A program made the position numbers and the translations under genes. Positions 1 to 8,704 of a stretch of DNA of 32,000 bases are shown here, piece by piece. The notes beneath the pieces are model-generated. The model saw only the letters and a list, made by a program, of their open reading frames with translations, did not search any database and was not told the origin of the DNA. Origin of the DNA: Methanothermobacter thermautotrophicus str. Delta H (GTDB taxonomy: Archaea > Methanobacteriota > Methanobacteria > Methanobacteriales > Methanothermobacteraceae); assembly GCF_000008645.1 (NCBI RefSeq), contig NC_000916.1:810001-842000 (forward strand), in the 5' to 3' direction. Each line of letters starts with the position of its first letter. Positions within the stretch are counted from its first letter, which is position 1.

Positions 1-662
1 AACTTCCGGCCGGCCCCAACGTTGAAACTTCAGACGCCATACTGGTGGTTGAGGGAAGATCAGACGTGCTCAACCTCCTCAAGTACGGTATAAAGAACGC
101 CATAGCAGTGGAGGGTGTCAGTGTACCGAAAACCGTGGCTGATTTAACCAGGAAAAAGACCGTTACCGCCTTCGTTGATGGTGACAGGGGCGGTGAACTC
201 ATACTCAAGGAACTCCTCCAGGTTGGTGAAATAGACTACGTCACCAGGGCCCCTAAGGGCAAGGAGGTGGAGGACCTTGAGAAGGACGAGATAATGATGG
301 CCCTGCGTAACAAGGTGCCTGTTGAACAGTTCTACCATGACCTTGGAATGAAGAAGGAGAAGAAGAAGACAGAGGACAAGATGGTGCTCCTCCGTAACAT
401 CCTGAAGGAGCTTGAGGGCACCGGAAACGCCGAGATACTCGACGACGCCCTGAACATACTCAGGGAGGTTAAGGTGGAGAACCTCTATGACGAACTGAGC
501 AGGGTCAACAACCACCCCTACGCCGTGGTATTTGATGGTGTGATAACACAGCGCCTGGTTGACCTCTCCTTCGAGAAGGGTCTCAGATACCTTGTGGCCG
601 TTAGAAGCGGGGATATAGTTAAGAAACCCCACAACCTCAAGCTTATAACCGGTCACACCTGA
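1..662 (+). CDS. dnaG: Archaeal DnaG primase (Toprim domain), 5' end cut by the window edge
   Basis: Frame 3 is open from base 3 ([22 protein letters not shown]), so the gene starts upstream of the listed Met at 45. Toprim motifs are present: EGxxD (VVEGRSDV) and DGDxxG (FVDGDRGGE). Stop at 660-662. Confidence 0.85.
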   Translation, partial: LPAGPNVETSDAILVVEGRSDVLNLLKYGIKNAIAVEGVSVPKTVADLTRKKTVTAFVDGDRGGELILKELLQVGEIDYVTRAPKGKEVEDLEKDEIMMALRNKVPVEQFYHDLGMKKEKKKTEDKMVLLRNILKELEGTGNAEILDDALNILREVKVENLYDELSRVNNHPYAVVFDGVITQRLVDLSFEKGLRYLVAVRSGDIVKKPHNLKLITGHT

Positions 663-683
663 AATTAACAGAAGGCATCAAAA

Positions 684-2189
684 ATGTATGTTGATATGAA
701 CCGTGAGTATCTGAAGGACATAAACACCACGGAAGACGTTAAGATACCTGAGGATCCCCTTGAAAGGGTTATAGGGCATGAAGATGTCATGCCAATGATA
801 AAGATAGCTGCTAAGCAGCGTAGACACCTGCTACTTGTTGGACCGCCGGGCATAGGAAAATCACTCCTTGCCCAGGCAATATCCTTTCACCTGCCTGAAC
901 CATCTGAGGAGATAACGGTTGTCCACAACCCTGAAAGGCCAGAGAGACCATTCGTTGAGATAAAAAACAGGAAAGAGATCGAGGATGAAATCCTTGAAAT
1001 CGAAAGGGCTGAGGGGGAACTCATAGACCCCCAGAGCGCCCCTGATGCTGTTGCAGAGCGCCTGGGCTTCAAGTGCATCCACTGCGGGGAGTACAGCAGC
1101 GCCTATAACAGTATCTGCCCGCGGTGTGGTGGGGACAAGTTTTCACACATTAAGGCCCGGAGAAAACATATCGGAGACCTCCTTGGAATGTTTGAGATGA
1201 GTTCAGGGAGCCTCAGCGTCCCCCAGAAGAGGGTGACAACGACCCGGATCATTGATGGTGTTGAGGAGGTTGTGATCTATGAGCGGGTTGGTGGTGAGGA
1301 GATCAAGGTACTTGATCAGAGGGCCCTTGAAAAGCGAAGGCAGATCGTTGAGGAGAAGCCCAGGAACGTCATAGTACCCCTTGATAGAAAAACCTTTGTC
1401 CAGGCCACAGGGGCCAGTGAAACCGAACTCCTGGGAGATGTCCGCCATGACCCCTACGGAGGTCACCCTGACCTTGGATCCCAGCCCTATGAACGCGTTG
1501 TGCCGGGAGCCATCCATGAGGCCCATGAGGGTGTCCTCTTCATAGACGAGATAGTTCACATTGCAGGCCTTCAGAGGTTCATATTCAGCGCAATGCAGGA
1601 TAAAACATTCCCCATAGTCGGTAGGAACCCCCAGAGTGCTGGAAGTTCCGTCAAGGTCGATGAGGTTCCATGTGACTTCATATTTGTCGGTGCCTGCAAC
1701 ATTGCGGACCTCCAGTACATACTCCCCCCTCTGCGATCAAGGATCCAGGGAGAGGGTTATGAGCTTCTTCTGAACACCACAATGCCTGATACCGATGAGA
1801 ACCGGGCAAAGATAGCTCAGTTCGTTGCGCAGGAGATAGAGCTCGATGGAAAGATACCCCATGCCCGTGCCGCTGCCGTTGAACTCCTCATTGAAGAGGC
1901 TAGACGGAGGGCAAGGGCCGTGGATGATGTTGATAACGCCCTCACCCTCAGGCTCCGGGACCTCGGAGGGGTTGTGAGGATGGCCGGGGACCTTGCAGTT
2001 ATGGATGGAAGCCCCTACATTGAGACCCGGCACATGGAGGTCGCCATAAGGAAGGCCGTTTCAGTTGAGGACCAGATAATAAGAAGATACAAGAGCTATG
2101 AGAAGGCCCTCGAGAAGGATCTATCAAGCTCCCAGAGGATGTCACAGCATGGATACAGCAGTGAGAACATAGACCGCAGCTACATGTAG
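684..2189 (+). CDS. Lon-related AAA+ ATPase with no recognisable protease domain and an inserted zinc ribbon
   Basis: The N-terminus resembles archaeal LonB (VIGHEDVMPMIKIAAKQRRHLLLVGPPGIGKSLLAQAIS, Walker A). Walker B is GVLFIDEI. A CxxC...CxxC insert is present (CIHCGEYSSAYNSICPRCGG). At 501 aa I see no Ser-Lys protease module and no TM helices. Confidence 0.7.
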   Translation: MYVDMNREYLKDINTTEDVKIPEDPLERVIGHEDVMPMIKIAAKQRRHLLLVGPPGIGKSLLAQAISFHLPEPSEEITVVHNPERPERPFVEIKNRKEIEDEILEIERAEGELIDPQSAPDAVAERLGFKCIHCGEYSSAYNSICPRCGGDKFSHIKARRKHIGDLLGMFEMSSGSLSVPQKRVTTTRIIDGVEEVVIYERVGGEEIKVLDQRALEKRRQIVEEKPRNVIVPLDRKTFVQATGASETELLGDVRHDPYGGHPDLGSQPYERVVPGAIHEAHEGVLFIDEIVHIAGLQRFIFSAMQDKTFPIVGRNPQSAGSSVKVDEVPCDFIFVGACNIADLQYILPPLRSRIQGEGYELLLNTTMPDTDENRAKIAQFVAQEIELDGKIPHARAAAVELLIEEARRRARAVDDVDNALTLRLRDLGGVVRMAGDLAVMDGSPYIETRHMEVAIRKAVSVEDQIIRRYKSYEKALEKDLSSSQRMSQHGYSSENIDRSYM

Positions 2190-2249
2190 TGAGAACTGCA
2201 TCAGATGAGTTCGATGAGTGCATGATCCGCAAGGTTTAAGTGGATATTT

Positions 2250-3185
2250 ATGGTAGATACCATGAATATGAAGAGGGAGTCAGAGGAAAGGCAGGGTCTT
2301 CTTGAACGTTACAATTTTCCAGAGCTCATTGAGGATTACCTCATTGAACTTGAGATCAGGAATTACTCTCCAAACACGATAAAGACGTACAAATCAATTG
2401 TTAAAAACTTTTATGAGTTTCTGATGAATGAGGATGACCTCTACGATGACCGGAGGGTCCTCAGGTCCTTCAAGAGGTATATACAGTACCTTAAAAGGGA
2501 TAAAAAGGTTACACAGAACTATATCTACCTTGTAACCGTTGTTGTTAAGAAGTTCTTTGAGTTCAGTGGCATAGACTGCTTGGAGGAGGTTAAGGCCCCC
2601 AAGAGGACCAAGTCCCTCCCCAAGTCCCTCAATGAGGATGAGGTCAAAAGTCTCATCAACGCCGTTGAGGTGGCTGATGATGGCTCCGTCATAAGGAGGT
2701 TCATAAAGACACGTGACCGCCTTATACTCTCACTTCTCTACTCATCGGGTCTCAGGGTCTCTGAGCTGGTCTCACTCAGGATCAATGACATAGACCCTGA
2801 TGAGAGGACCATAAGGATCAGGGGTAAGGGTGATAAGGATCGTATAGTCCTATTTGATGAGAACACCCGTGATCTCCTCATGGATTACCTCAAAAGAAGG
2901 ATTCATGAAAGCGAGTACCTGTTCCTCAACCGTTTCGGCGATCCCCTCACCCCCAGGTACGTTCAGATGATGATAAAGAACTATGCACGGAAGGCCGGGA
3001 TAAAGAAGAAGGTCACCCCACACATACTGAGGCACTCCTTTGCAACCCACCTCCTCAAGAACGGTGTGGATATAAGGGCCATACAGCAGCTTCTGGGCCA
3101 TTCAAACCTTTCAACGACACAGATATATACCAGTGTGGATATGCAGACCCTTAAAAATGTTTATGACAGGGCCAGACTCCTCTAA
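2250..3185 (+). CDS. xerA: Tyrosine recombinase XerA (XerC/D-like)
   Basis: Catalytic signature of tyrosine recombinases: SGLRVSEL (Arg), [12 protein letters not shown] (HxxR), [14 protein letters not shown] (His, Tyr). The N-terminal SAM-like core-binding domain is present ([14 protein letters not shown]). Confidence 0.85.
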
Positions 3186-3210
3186 TTAATTTATTTTTCA
3201 TTTATTTCAA
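3186..3210 (+). terminator. Oligo-T tract after xerA
   Basis: ttaatttatttttcatttatttc lies directly after the xerA stop. Archaeal termination typically uses T-runs. Confidence 0.35.
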
Positions 3211-3213
3211 TAA

Positions 3214-3247
3214 AATTCAGGTCAGGAGCCAGAAGATTGCCTGAATT
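3214..3247. repeat. Inverted repeat aattcagg / cctgaatt (8 bp arms, 18-nt spacer) in the xerA-permease intergenic region
   Basis: Arms read directly at 3214-3221 and 3240-3247 and are perfectly complementary. It lies upstream of a TATA-like ttatatatactgg (about 3310). Function unknown. Confidence 0.5.
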
Positions 3248-3379
3248 CTTCCTTCAAGGGCGGGCTTAATTTTTCAGAAGGTCAGTGACTTCATCGAACC
3301 ATGGAAAGTTATATATACTGGCAATCCCAATTTACCTTTATATCCATAAATTTGAATATATTGATTGGAGGTTAAAGGA

Positions 3380-4348
3380 TTGTTACAGGAATTCGCCGAT
3401 TATGTAACATACAATCTCATGGGCCTTGAACCGGCCTCCCACCTCGGAAGCGCCGTTAACTTCTTCATATACGACACCATAAAGATATTCATACTTCTCG
3501 CCACACTCATATTTGTCATATCATTCATAAGAACATATATACCGCCCAACAAGGTTAAGGAAACACTTGAAAAGAGACACAGGTACACAGGAAACTTCAT
3601 AGCAGCCCTGGTTGGTATAATCACCCCCTTCTGTTCATGTTCAGCCGTGCCACTGTTCATAGGCTTCGTTGAAGCTGGCGTGCCCCTGGGTGCAACATTC
3701 TCATTCCTCATATCATCCCCCATGATAAATGAGATAGCAATAATATTGCTCCTTGGACTGTTCGGATGGCAGATAACCGCCTTCTATATATTATCAGGTT
3801 TCATAATCGCAGTTCTTGGCGGAATCCTCATAGGAAAGCTTAAAATGGAAACCGAACTTGAGGATTACGTCTACGAGACACTGGAGAAGATGAGGGCGCT
3901 GGGGGTAGCCGATGTTGAACTACCAAAACCAACACTCCGGGAGAGGTACGTGATAGCCAAGAATGAGATGAAGGATATACTCCGCCGTGTTTCACCCTAC
4001 ATAGTTATAGCAATAGCCATCGGGGGATGGATACACGGTTATCTCCCCGAGGATTTCCTCCTCCAATATGCCGGTGCAGACAATATATTCGCTGTTCCGA
4101 TGGCAGTTATAATAGGAGTGCCGCTGTACTCAAACGCCGCCGGAACCATCCCCCTCATATCAGCCCTCATAGAGAAGGGAATGGCTGCCGGAACCGCGCT
4201 GGCACTTATGATGTCAATAACCGCCCTGTCACTCCCCGAGATGATAATCCTCAGGAAAGTGATGAAGCCAAAGCTCCTCGCCACATTCATAGCAATCCTG
4301 GCAGTCTCAATAACACTGACAGGATACATATTCAACCTAATAATCTAG
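3380..4348 (+). CDS. DUF318 / ArsP-like membrane permease
   Basis: Polytopic membrane protein with the family's Cys-x-Cys motif (ITPFCSCSAVPLF). It is followed by a small thioredoxin-like gene, a common pairing. The ORF opens at TTG 3365, but GGAGGT at 3367-3372 sits 7 nt before the in-frame TTG at 3380, which I prefer as the start. Confidence 0.75.
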   Translation: MLQEFADYVTYNLMGLEPASHLGSAVNFFIYDTIKIFILLATLIFVISFIRTYIPPNKVKETLEKRHRYTGNFIAALVGIITPFCSCSAVPLFIGFVEAGVPLGATFSFLISSPMINEIAIILLLGLFGWQITAFYILSGFIIAVLGGILIGKLKMETELEDYVYETLEKMRALGVADVELPKPTLRERYVIAKNEMKDILRRVSPYIVIAIAIGGWIHGYLPEDFLLQYAGADNIFAVPMAVIIGVPLYSNAAGTIPLISALIEKGMAAGTALALMMSITALSLPEMIILRKVMKPKLLATFIAILAVSITLTGYIFNLII

Positions 4349-4399
4349 AGAATCTACAACATGTCATGTTAACAGGTTCAACCTGGAATTTGAGGTGAA

Positions 4400-4633
4400 A
4401 TGATGAAGATACAGATATATGGTACAGGATGTGCAAACTGTCAGATGCTCGAAAAGAACGCCAGAGAAGCAGTCAAAGAACTTGGAATCGATGCCGAATT
4501 CGAAAAGATAAAGGAAATGGACCAGATACTGGAGGCAGGACTCACCGCCCTTCCAGGACTGGCAGTCGATGGTGAACTGAAAATCATGGGCAGGGTGGCC
4601 TCAAAGGAAGAGATCAAGAAGATCCTCTCCTGA
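4400..4633 (+). CDS. Small thioredoxin-like redox-active disulfide protein (77 aa)
   Basis: CxxC active site near the N-terminus (GTGCANCQ), with the size and pattern of the redox-active disulfide protein 2 family. From memory it resembles the 77-residue MTH895-type protein of M. thermautotrophicus. SD GAGGTGA lies just upstream. Confidence 0.85.
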   Translation: MMKIQIYGTGCANCQMLEKNAREAVKELGIDAEFEKIKEMDQILEAGLTALPGLAVDGELKIMGRVASKEEIKKILS

Positions 4634-4647
4634 AACCCCTCATTTCC

Positions 4648-4857
4648 ATGGTGATGACTATGGTCAAAGATGAAGAAAAGGGCTTTGATGGAAAAATAAA
4701 GGCAATGATCTCATCAAAGGCATGCGCCTGCCAGACAGGCATCCTTGAGAAGAAGAAGTCAGGGCTGAGGTACGTAAACTGCAAGGGCTGCGGTAAACTA
4801 TTCAAAACCGACAGGGACACCGAGTACTGCATGGACTGTGAAAAAAAGATGAAGTGA
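4648..4857 (+). CDS. Small Cys-rich (zinc-ribbon-like) hypothetical protein
   Basis: Cys pairs are present (CAC, CKGC, CMDC). It is tightly packed between neighbours, with its stop overlapping the next start region. GGTGAT at 4650-4655 suggests the ATG at 4660 may be the real start. No family recognised. Confidence 0.4.
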   Translation: MVMTMVKDEEKGFDGKIKAMISSKACACQTGILEKKKSGLRYVNCKGCGKLFKTDRDTEYCMDCEKKMK

Positions 4858-5615
4858 TGGAGATGAGAATAACATTCCTGGGTGGTGGCCGGGTAGTCAG
4901 AATAATCCTCGGGGGCCTCCAGAGGGCAGGTAAACTACCCCGGGAGGTGATGGTGTGCGACCCCGATGAGGATTCCCTCAGAAGCCTTGAAGATGAATTC
5001 GGGGTTAAAACATCAGCTGACTGCAGCAGCATGGAAGGAGATGTGATATTCCTTGCACTGCATCCACCTGTCCTGAAGGATGTTCTGAACAAAATGGAGT
5101 CCCCTTCCCCTGAATCACTGATAGTGTCCCTGGCGCCCAGGATCAGAATAGAGGAGATACAGCAGGCACTGGACCACCCAAAGGTCGCGAGGGTCATACC
5201 CAACGCCCTCTCTCTTGTTAACAGGGGCTACAATCCCTTCAGCGCGGCAGATGAACTCACCGGGACTGACCTGGAAATACTTCAATCACTATTTGAACCT
5301 CTCGGAAAGTTTCCAGAGGTATCTGAGGACAAACTTGAAGCATACGCCGTTATAACTGCGATGGGTCCGACTTATCTATGGTTCCAGCTGGCTGAACTGG
5401 AAAAACTGGCTGTTGAGTTCGGCATGTCCCCTGATGAGGCTGCAACCGCTGTGCATTCCATGGCATCAGGCGCAGTGGAGGCCCTGTATTCACACCCAAA
5501 CAGGGATATGGTTATGGACCTCATAGCTGTGAAGCCCCTGGAGGATGCAGAGGATGATATAAGGGCCATCTACAGGAAAAGTCTTATGAGAATATACCAA
5601 AGCCTGACGGAGTGA
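4854..5615 (+). CDS. Pyrroline-5-carboxylate reductase-like NAD(P) oxidoreductase
   Basis: N-terminal Rossmann loop (ITFLGGGRVVRIILGGL). The C-terminal segment resembles the P5CR dimerisation domain (AVITAMGPTYLWFQLAELEKLAVEFGMSPDEAATAVHSMASGAVEAL). Substrate not determinable. Confidence 0.6.
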   Translation: MMEMRITFLGGGRVVRIILGGLQRAGKLPREVMVCDPDEDSLRSLEDEFGVKTSADCSSMEGDVIFLALHPPVLKDVLNKMESPSPESLIVSLAPRIRIEEIQQALDHPKVARVIPNALSLVNRGYNPFSAADELTGTDLEILQSLFEPLGKFPEVSEDKLEAYAVITAMGPTYLWFQLAELEKLAVEFGMSPDEAATAVHSMASGAVEALYSHPNRDMVMDLIAVKPLEDAEDDIRAIYRKSLMRIYQSLTE

Positions 5616-5637
5616 CAGCACCCTAAGGAGGTATGAT

Positions 5638-6087
5638 ATGTACAGAAAAATATTGCTTGCAACGGATGGATCCGAATGTTCAATGCAGGCTGCAGGATAC
5701 GCCATTGAAACTGCAGCGCAGAACCGGGCCGAACTTCTGGCACTCACGGTCACAGAGACCTACCCCCTTGATAACCTTCCTGTGGAGGAACTCACAAGGA
5801 AGGTGACGGAACTCTTCAGGAAGGAATCAGAGGAGGCCCTCCAGAAGGTCGAGGACCTTGCAGTGAGTCTCGATACTCCTGTTAAGGTCCGTAAAATGAT
5901 GGTGGATGGTTCACCTGCAGAAACAATTCTGAAAGTCGCCGATGAAGAAAATGTGGATCTCATAGTTGTAGGGGCATCAGGAAAACATGCCCTTGAAAGG
6001 TTCCTCCTTGGAAGTGTGTCAGAGAAGATTGTGAGACACGCCAGGGTACCTGTGCTTGTGGTCCACAGCAAGAAACTTGAATGTTAG
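5638..6087 (+). CDS. Universal stress protein (UspA family)
   Basis: Starts KILLATDGSE and carries the ATP-binding motif VVGASGKHALERFLLGSVSEKIVRHARVPVLVV. A strong SD (AAGGAGGT) lies upstream. Confidence 0.9.
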   Translation: MYRKILLATDGSECSMQAAGYAIETAAQNRAELLALTVTETYPLDNLPVEELTRKVTELFRKESEEALQKVEDLAVSLDTPVKVRKMMVDGSPAETILKVADEENVDLIVVGASGKHALERFLLGSVSEKIVRHARVPVLVVHSKKLEC

Positions 6088-6449
6088 GTAGTACCATGAA
6101 TTCATGTAACGCTGATAGACCAAGCCCCGAGCAGATTGAGAGATTGAAAGAAAGGCTTGCTGGACTCCCGGATGAGGATAAAATAAAGAAGGAAGCAGCA
6201 GCCCTTAAGGCCCTGGCAGATCCAACCCGCCTTCTCATAATCTACCTCCTCTCTGAGGGTGATCTCTGCGTATGTGAAATAATGGCTGCCCTTAAAAAGC
6301 CCCAGCCAACCATTTCACACCACCTGAACATACTCAGGCGGGCTGGTTTCCTGAAGGCGGAGAAACGCGGTGTATGGGTCCACTACAGTCTGGCCAGTGA
6401 TGACCTCCCATCAATGATAAAGCAAGTGATTGAAGCAAGTGATTACTAA
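6081..6449 (+). CDS. arsR: ArsR/SmtB-family metalloregulator
   Basis: LADPTRLLIIYLL, the metal-site CVC motif (DLCVCEI), and HTH PTISHHLNILRRAGFL. The start overlaps the usp stop. An alternative ATG is at 6096. Confidence 0.85.
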   Translation: MLGSTMNSCNADRPSPEQIERLKERLAGLPDEDKIKKEAAALKALADPTRLLIIYLLSEGDLCVCEIMAALKKPQPTISHHLNILRRAGFLKAEKRGVWVHYSLASDDLPSMIKQVIEASDY

Positions 6450-6458
6450 GGTGGTATC

Positions 6459-7556
6459 TTGACCGGTGATTCCTGCAGTTTAGATGGTGATATCTGTCCA
6501 TCAAGGCTCGGATTTCTCGATAAATATCTGACACTCTGGATTTTCCTTGCAATGGCGGCAGGTGTTTCAATCGGATACTTCTTTCCTGAATCCCGTCAGT
6601 TCATAAACATGTTCCAGGTGGATACAACAAGCCTCCCCATTGCCATTGGACTCATACTGATGATGTATCCTCCCCTTGCAAAGGTTCATTATGAGGACCT
6701 CCCTGATGTCTTCAGAAACTTCAGGATACTTGGACTTTCACTGTTGCAGAACTGGATCATTGGCCCTGTACTGATGTTCATCCTTGCCATTGTCTTCCTG
6801 ATGGACCATCCAGAATACATGATCGGTCTCATACTAATAGGACTCGCAAGGTGCATTGCGATGGTGATAGTCTGGAATGAACTTGCCATGGGCGACAGGG
6901 AGTATGCAGCGGGGCTTGTGGCATTCAACAGCCTCTTCCAGGTTTTCTTCTACAGCATATATGCATGGGTCTTTATAACCCTCTTACCGCCACTCTTCGG
7001 GGTTCAGGGGACTGCTATCGATGTCAGTATATTTGAGATAGCAAAGAGCGTCTTTATCTACCTGGGAATACCCTTCATTGCAGGATTTTTGACCAGGTAT
7101 ATCCTCCGGAGAAGGAAGGGTTCTGAGTGGTACGATACAAGGTTTATCCCCAGAATAAGTCCCCTGACACTAATGGCGCTCCTCTTCACCATCGTGGTGA
7201 TGTTCAGCCTGAAGGGAGACTATATAGTGCAGATACCCTTTGATGTGCTTCTAATCGCCATACCCCTCATCATCTACTTCGTGTTCATGTTCCTAATATC
7301 CTTCATCCTGGCATACAGTGTGGGGGCTGATTACTCGAAGTCATGCGCCATTTCATTTACAGCTGCAAGCAACAACTTTGAACTTGCAATAGCTGTCGCA
7401 GTGGCCGTCTTTGGTATAGATTCGGGTGTGGCATTCGCAGCCGTTGTGGGACCGCTCATCGAAGTGCCTGTACTCATAAGCCTTGTAAATGTAGCACTGT
7501 ACTTCCAGAGGAGATTATACAAGAGGGTTAAACCAGAAAATTCTCTTTTTCATTAA
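6459..7556 (+). CDS. acr3: ACR3-family arsenite efflux transporter
   Basis: [16 protein letters not shown] at the N-terminus and the conserved Cys segment [15 protein letters not shown], in a polytopic protein. TTG start preceded by AAGGTGGT. Confidence 0.9.
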   Translation: MTGDSCSLDGDICPSRLGFLDKYLTLWIFLAMAAGVSIGYFFPESRQFINMFQVDTTSLPIAIGLILMMYPPLAKVHYEDLPDVFRNFRILGLSLLQNWIIGPVLMFILAIVFLMDHPEYMIGLILIGLARCIAMVIVWNELAMGDREYAAGLVAFNSLFQVFFYSIYAWVFITLLPPLFGVQGTAIDVSIFEIAKSVFIYLGIPFIAGFLTRYILRRRKGSEWYDTRFIPRISPLTLMALLFTIVVMFSLKGDYIVQIPFDVLLIAIPLIIYFVFMFLISFILAYSVGADYSKSCAISFTAASNNFELAIAVAVAVFGIDSGVAFAAVVGPLIEVPVLISLVNVALYFQRRLYKRVKPENSLFH

Positions 7557-7559
7557 AGC

Positions 7560-7602
7560 GGAGGATTTTGAAGGGAATCCTCCACCAGATTTATTTTTGT
7601 TT
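7560..7602 (+). terminator. Hairpin plus T-tract between convergent acr3 and the kinase gene
   Basis: ggaggatt (7560-7567) pairs perfectly with aatcctcc (7576-7583) around an 8-nt loop. It is followed by ttatttttgttt (7591-7602). Confidence 0.6.
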
Positions 7603-7645
7603 AGATCATCTGCGGTAGGACTGGGGAATCCAGACAAGACAATCA

Positions 7646-8704
7646 TCACGTTATTCTGTCAGCATAGAACTGCTCAAAGAACTCAAATATGAATACAACG
7701 CCATCATCACTGCTTTCAACCTTAATATGTCCTCCAAGCTGCCCTGCAAGATTGTCCATCATCCGGAACCCGAAGGACCCCCCTTCTGGAAAACTGACAT
7801 CCTCAGGTAAACCTGGACCACTGTCCCGGTATACCAGCCGGTGACGGCCATTGAATCTTCTAATTTCGATGTGTATCTCACCGCCCCCACTTAAGGCGTG
7901 TTTGAGGGAATTGGAAATCAATTCTGCAGTTATGAGCGCCAGTGGAACTGCCGTATCCATGTTAAGCTCTGCAGTATCCCCGCTAACGGTAACCCTGACA
8001 TCGGATGCCCTCCCATGGGCACTGATGAGATGTGATGAGAGGCTCCTGACATACTCCTGAAAATCAATTATGTAGGTGCCTGAAGAGGGATAGGCGCGCT
8101 CATGTATCATTGCAATCGAGCGCAGCTGGTTCACGTAGTCCCTGAAAAACTCCTCAACGCCTGGATCCTCTATGTACCTTATCTGGAGTGAGAGGAGACT
8201 TATGATGAGCTGGAGGTTGTTCTTGACCCTGTGGTGAAGTTCCCTCAAGAGCTGTTCCTTCTCCTCGATGGACCTTTTAAGGTACTCATTGATGGCCTTC
8301 TCCCTCACAAGTTTAACCCTGTTCTTCTTTGCCTCATGCTTGTAGAGGGCCATTTCAAGGTTCACCCTTATATCTCTCTCATGGAATGGTTTGAGGATGT
8401 ATGCATATGGCTCAGTCTCCCGTGCCCTCTTCACAATCTCATCACTGCTGTAGGCTGTGAGGTATAGGACCGGGATGTCCATCTTCTTCTTTATTATCCT
8501 TGCAGCATCGATACCATCCAGTTCGCCCTCCAGCATGATGTCCATTATTATGGAGTCAGGTTCCAGTTTTTCCAGTGACTCAAGTAGGTCCTCTGCTGAA
8601 TGGAATATTGCAGCGACCTCATAACCTGCATCCTCCAGTATGTACCGGATATCCTGGGCAACCAGTTCCTCATCCTCAACTATAACAACCCTTCCCCTCA
8701 TCAT
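7646..8704 (-). CDS. Hybrid receiver-histidine kinase (REC + HisKA_2 + HATPase_c)
   Basis: REC domain (VVIVEDEELV, IIMDIMLEG, KPF). H-box ELHHRVKNNLQLIISLL. ATPase N-box ELISNSLKHA and G-box DSGPGLP. Confidence 0.85.
   Translation of the reverse strand: MMRGRVVIVEDEELVAQDIRYILEDAGYEVAAIFHSAEDLLESLEKLEPDSIIMDIMLEGELDGIDAARIIKKKMDIPVLYLTAYSSDEIVKRARETEPYAYILKPFHERDIRVNLEMALYKHEAKKNRVKLVREKAINEYLKRSIEEKEQLLRELHHRVKNNLQLIISLLSLQIRYIEDPGVEEFFRDYVNQLRSIAMIHERAYPSSGTYIIDFQEYVRSLSSHLISAHGRASDVRVTVSGDTAELNMDTAVPLALITAELISNSLKHALSGGGEIHIEIRRFNGRHRLVYRDSGPGLPEDVSFPEGGSFGFRMMDNLAGQLGGHIKVESSDDGVVFIFEFFEQFYADRIT

Noticed and set aside
2250-3185. The tyrosine recombinase as the integrase of an integrated element
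   Set aside because: No adjacent tRNA, flanking direct repeats or phage/plasmid genes are present. The sequence and the housekeeping context (dnaG neighbourhood) fit chromosomal XerA.
4027-4398. A 123-aa plus-strand ORF overlapping the 3' third of the permease gene in another frame
   Set aside because: The permease frame shows continuous TM-helix periodicity to its stop at 4348. The overlapping frame is Arg/Pro-rich with no recognisable fold or SD.
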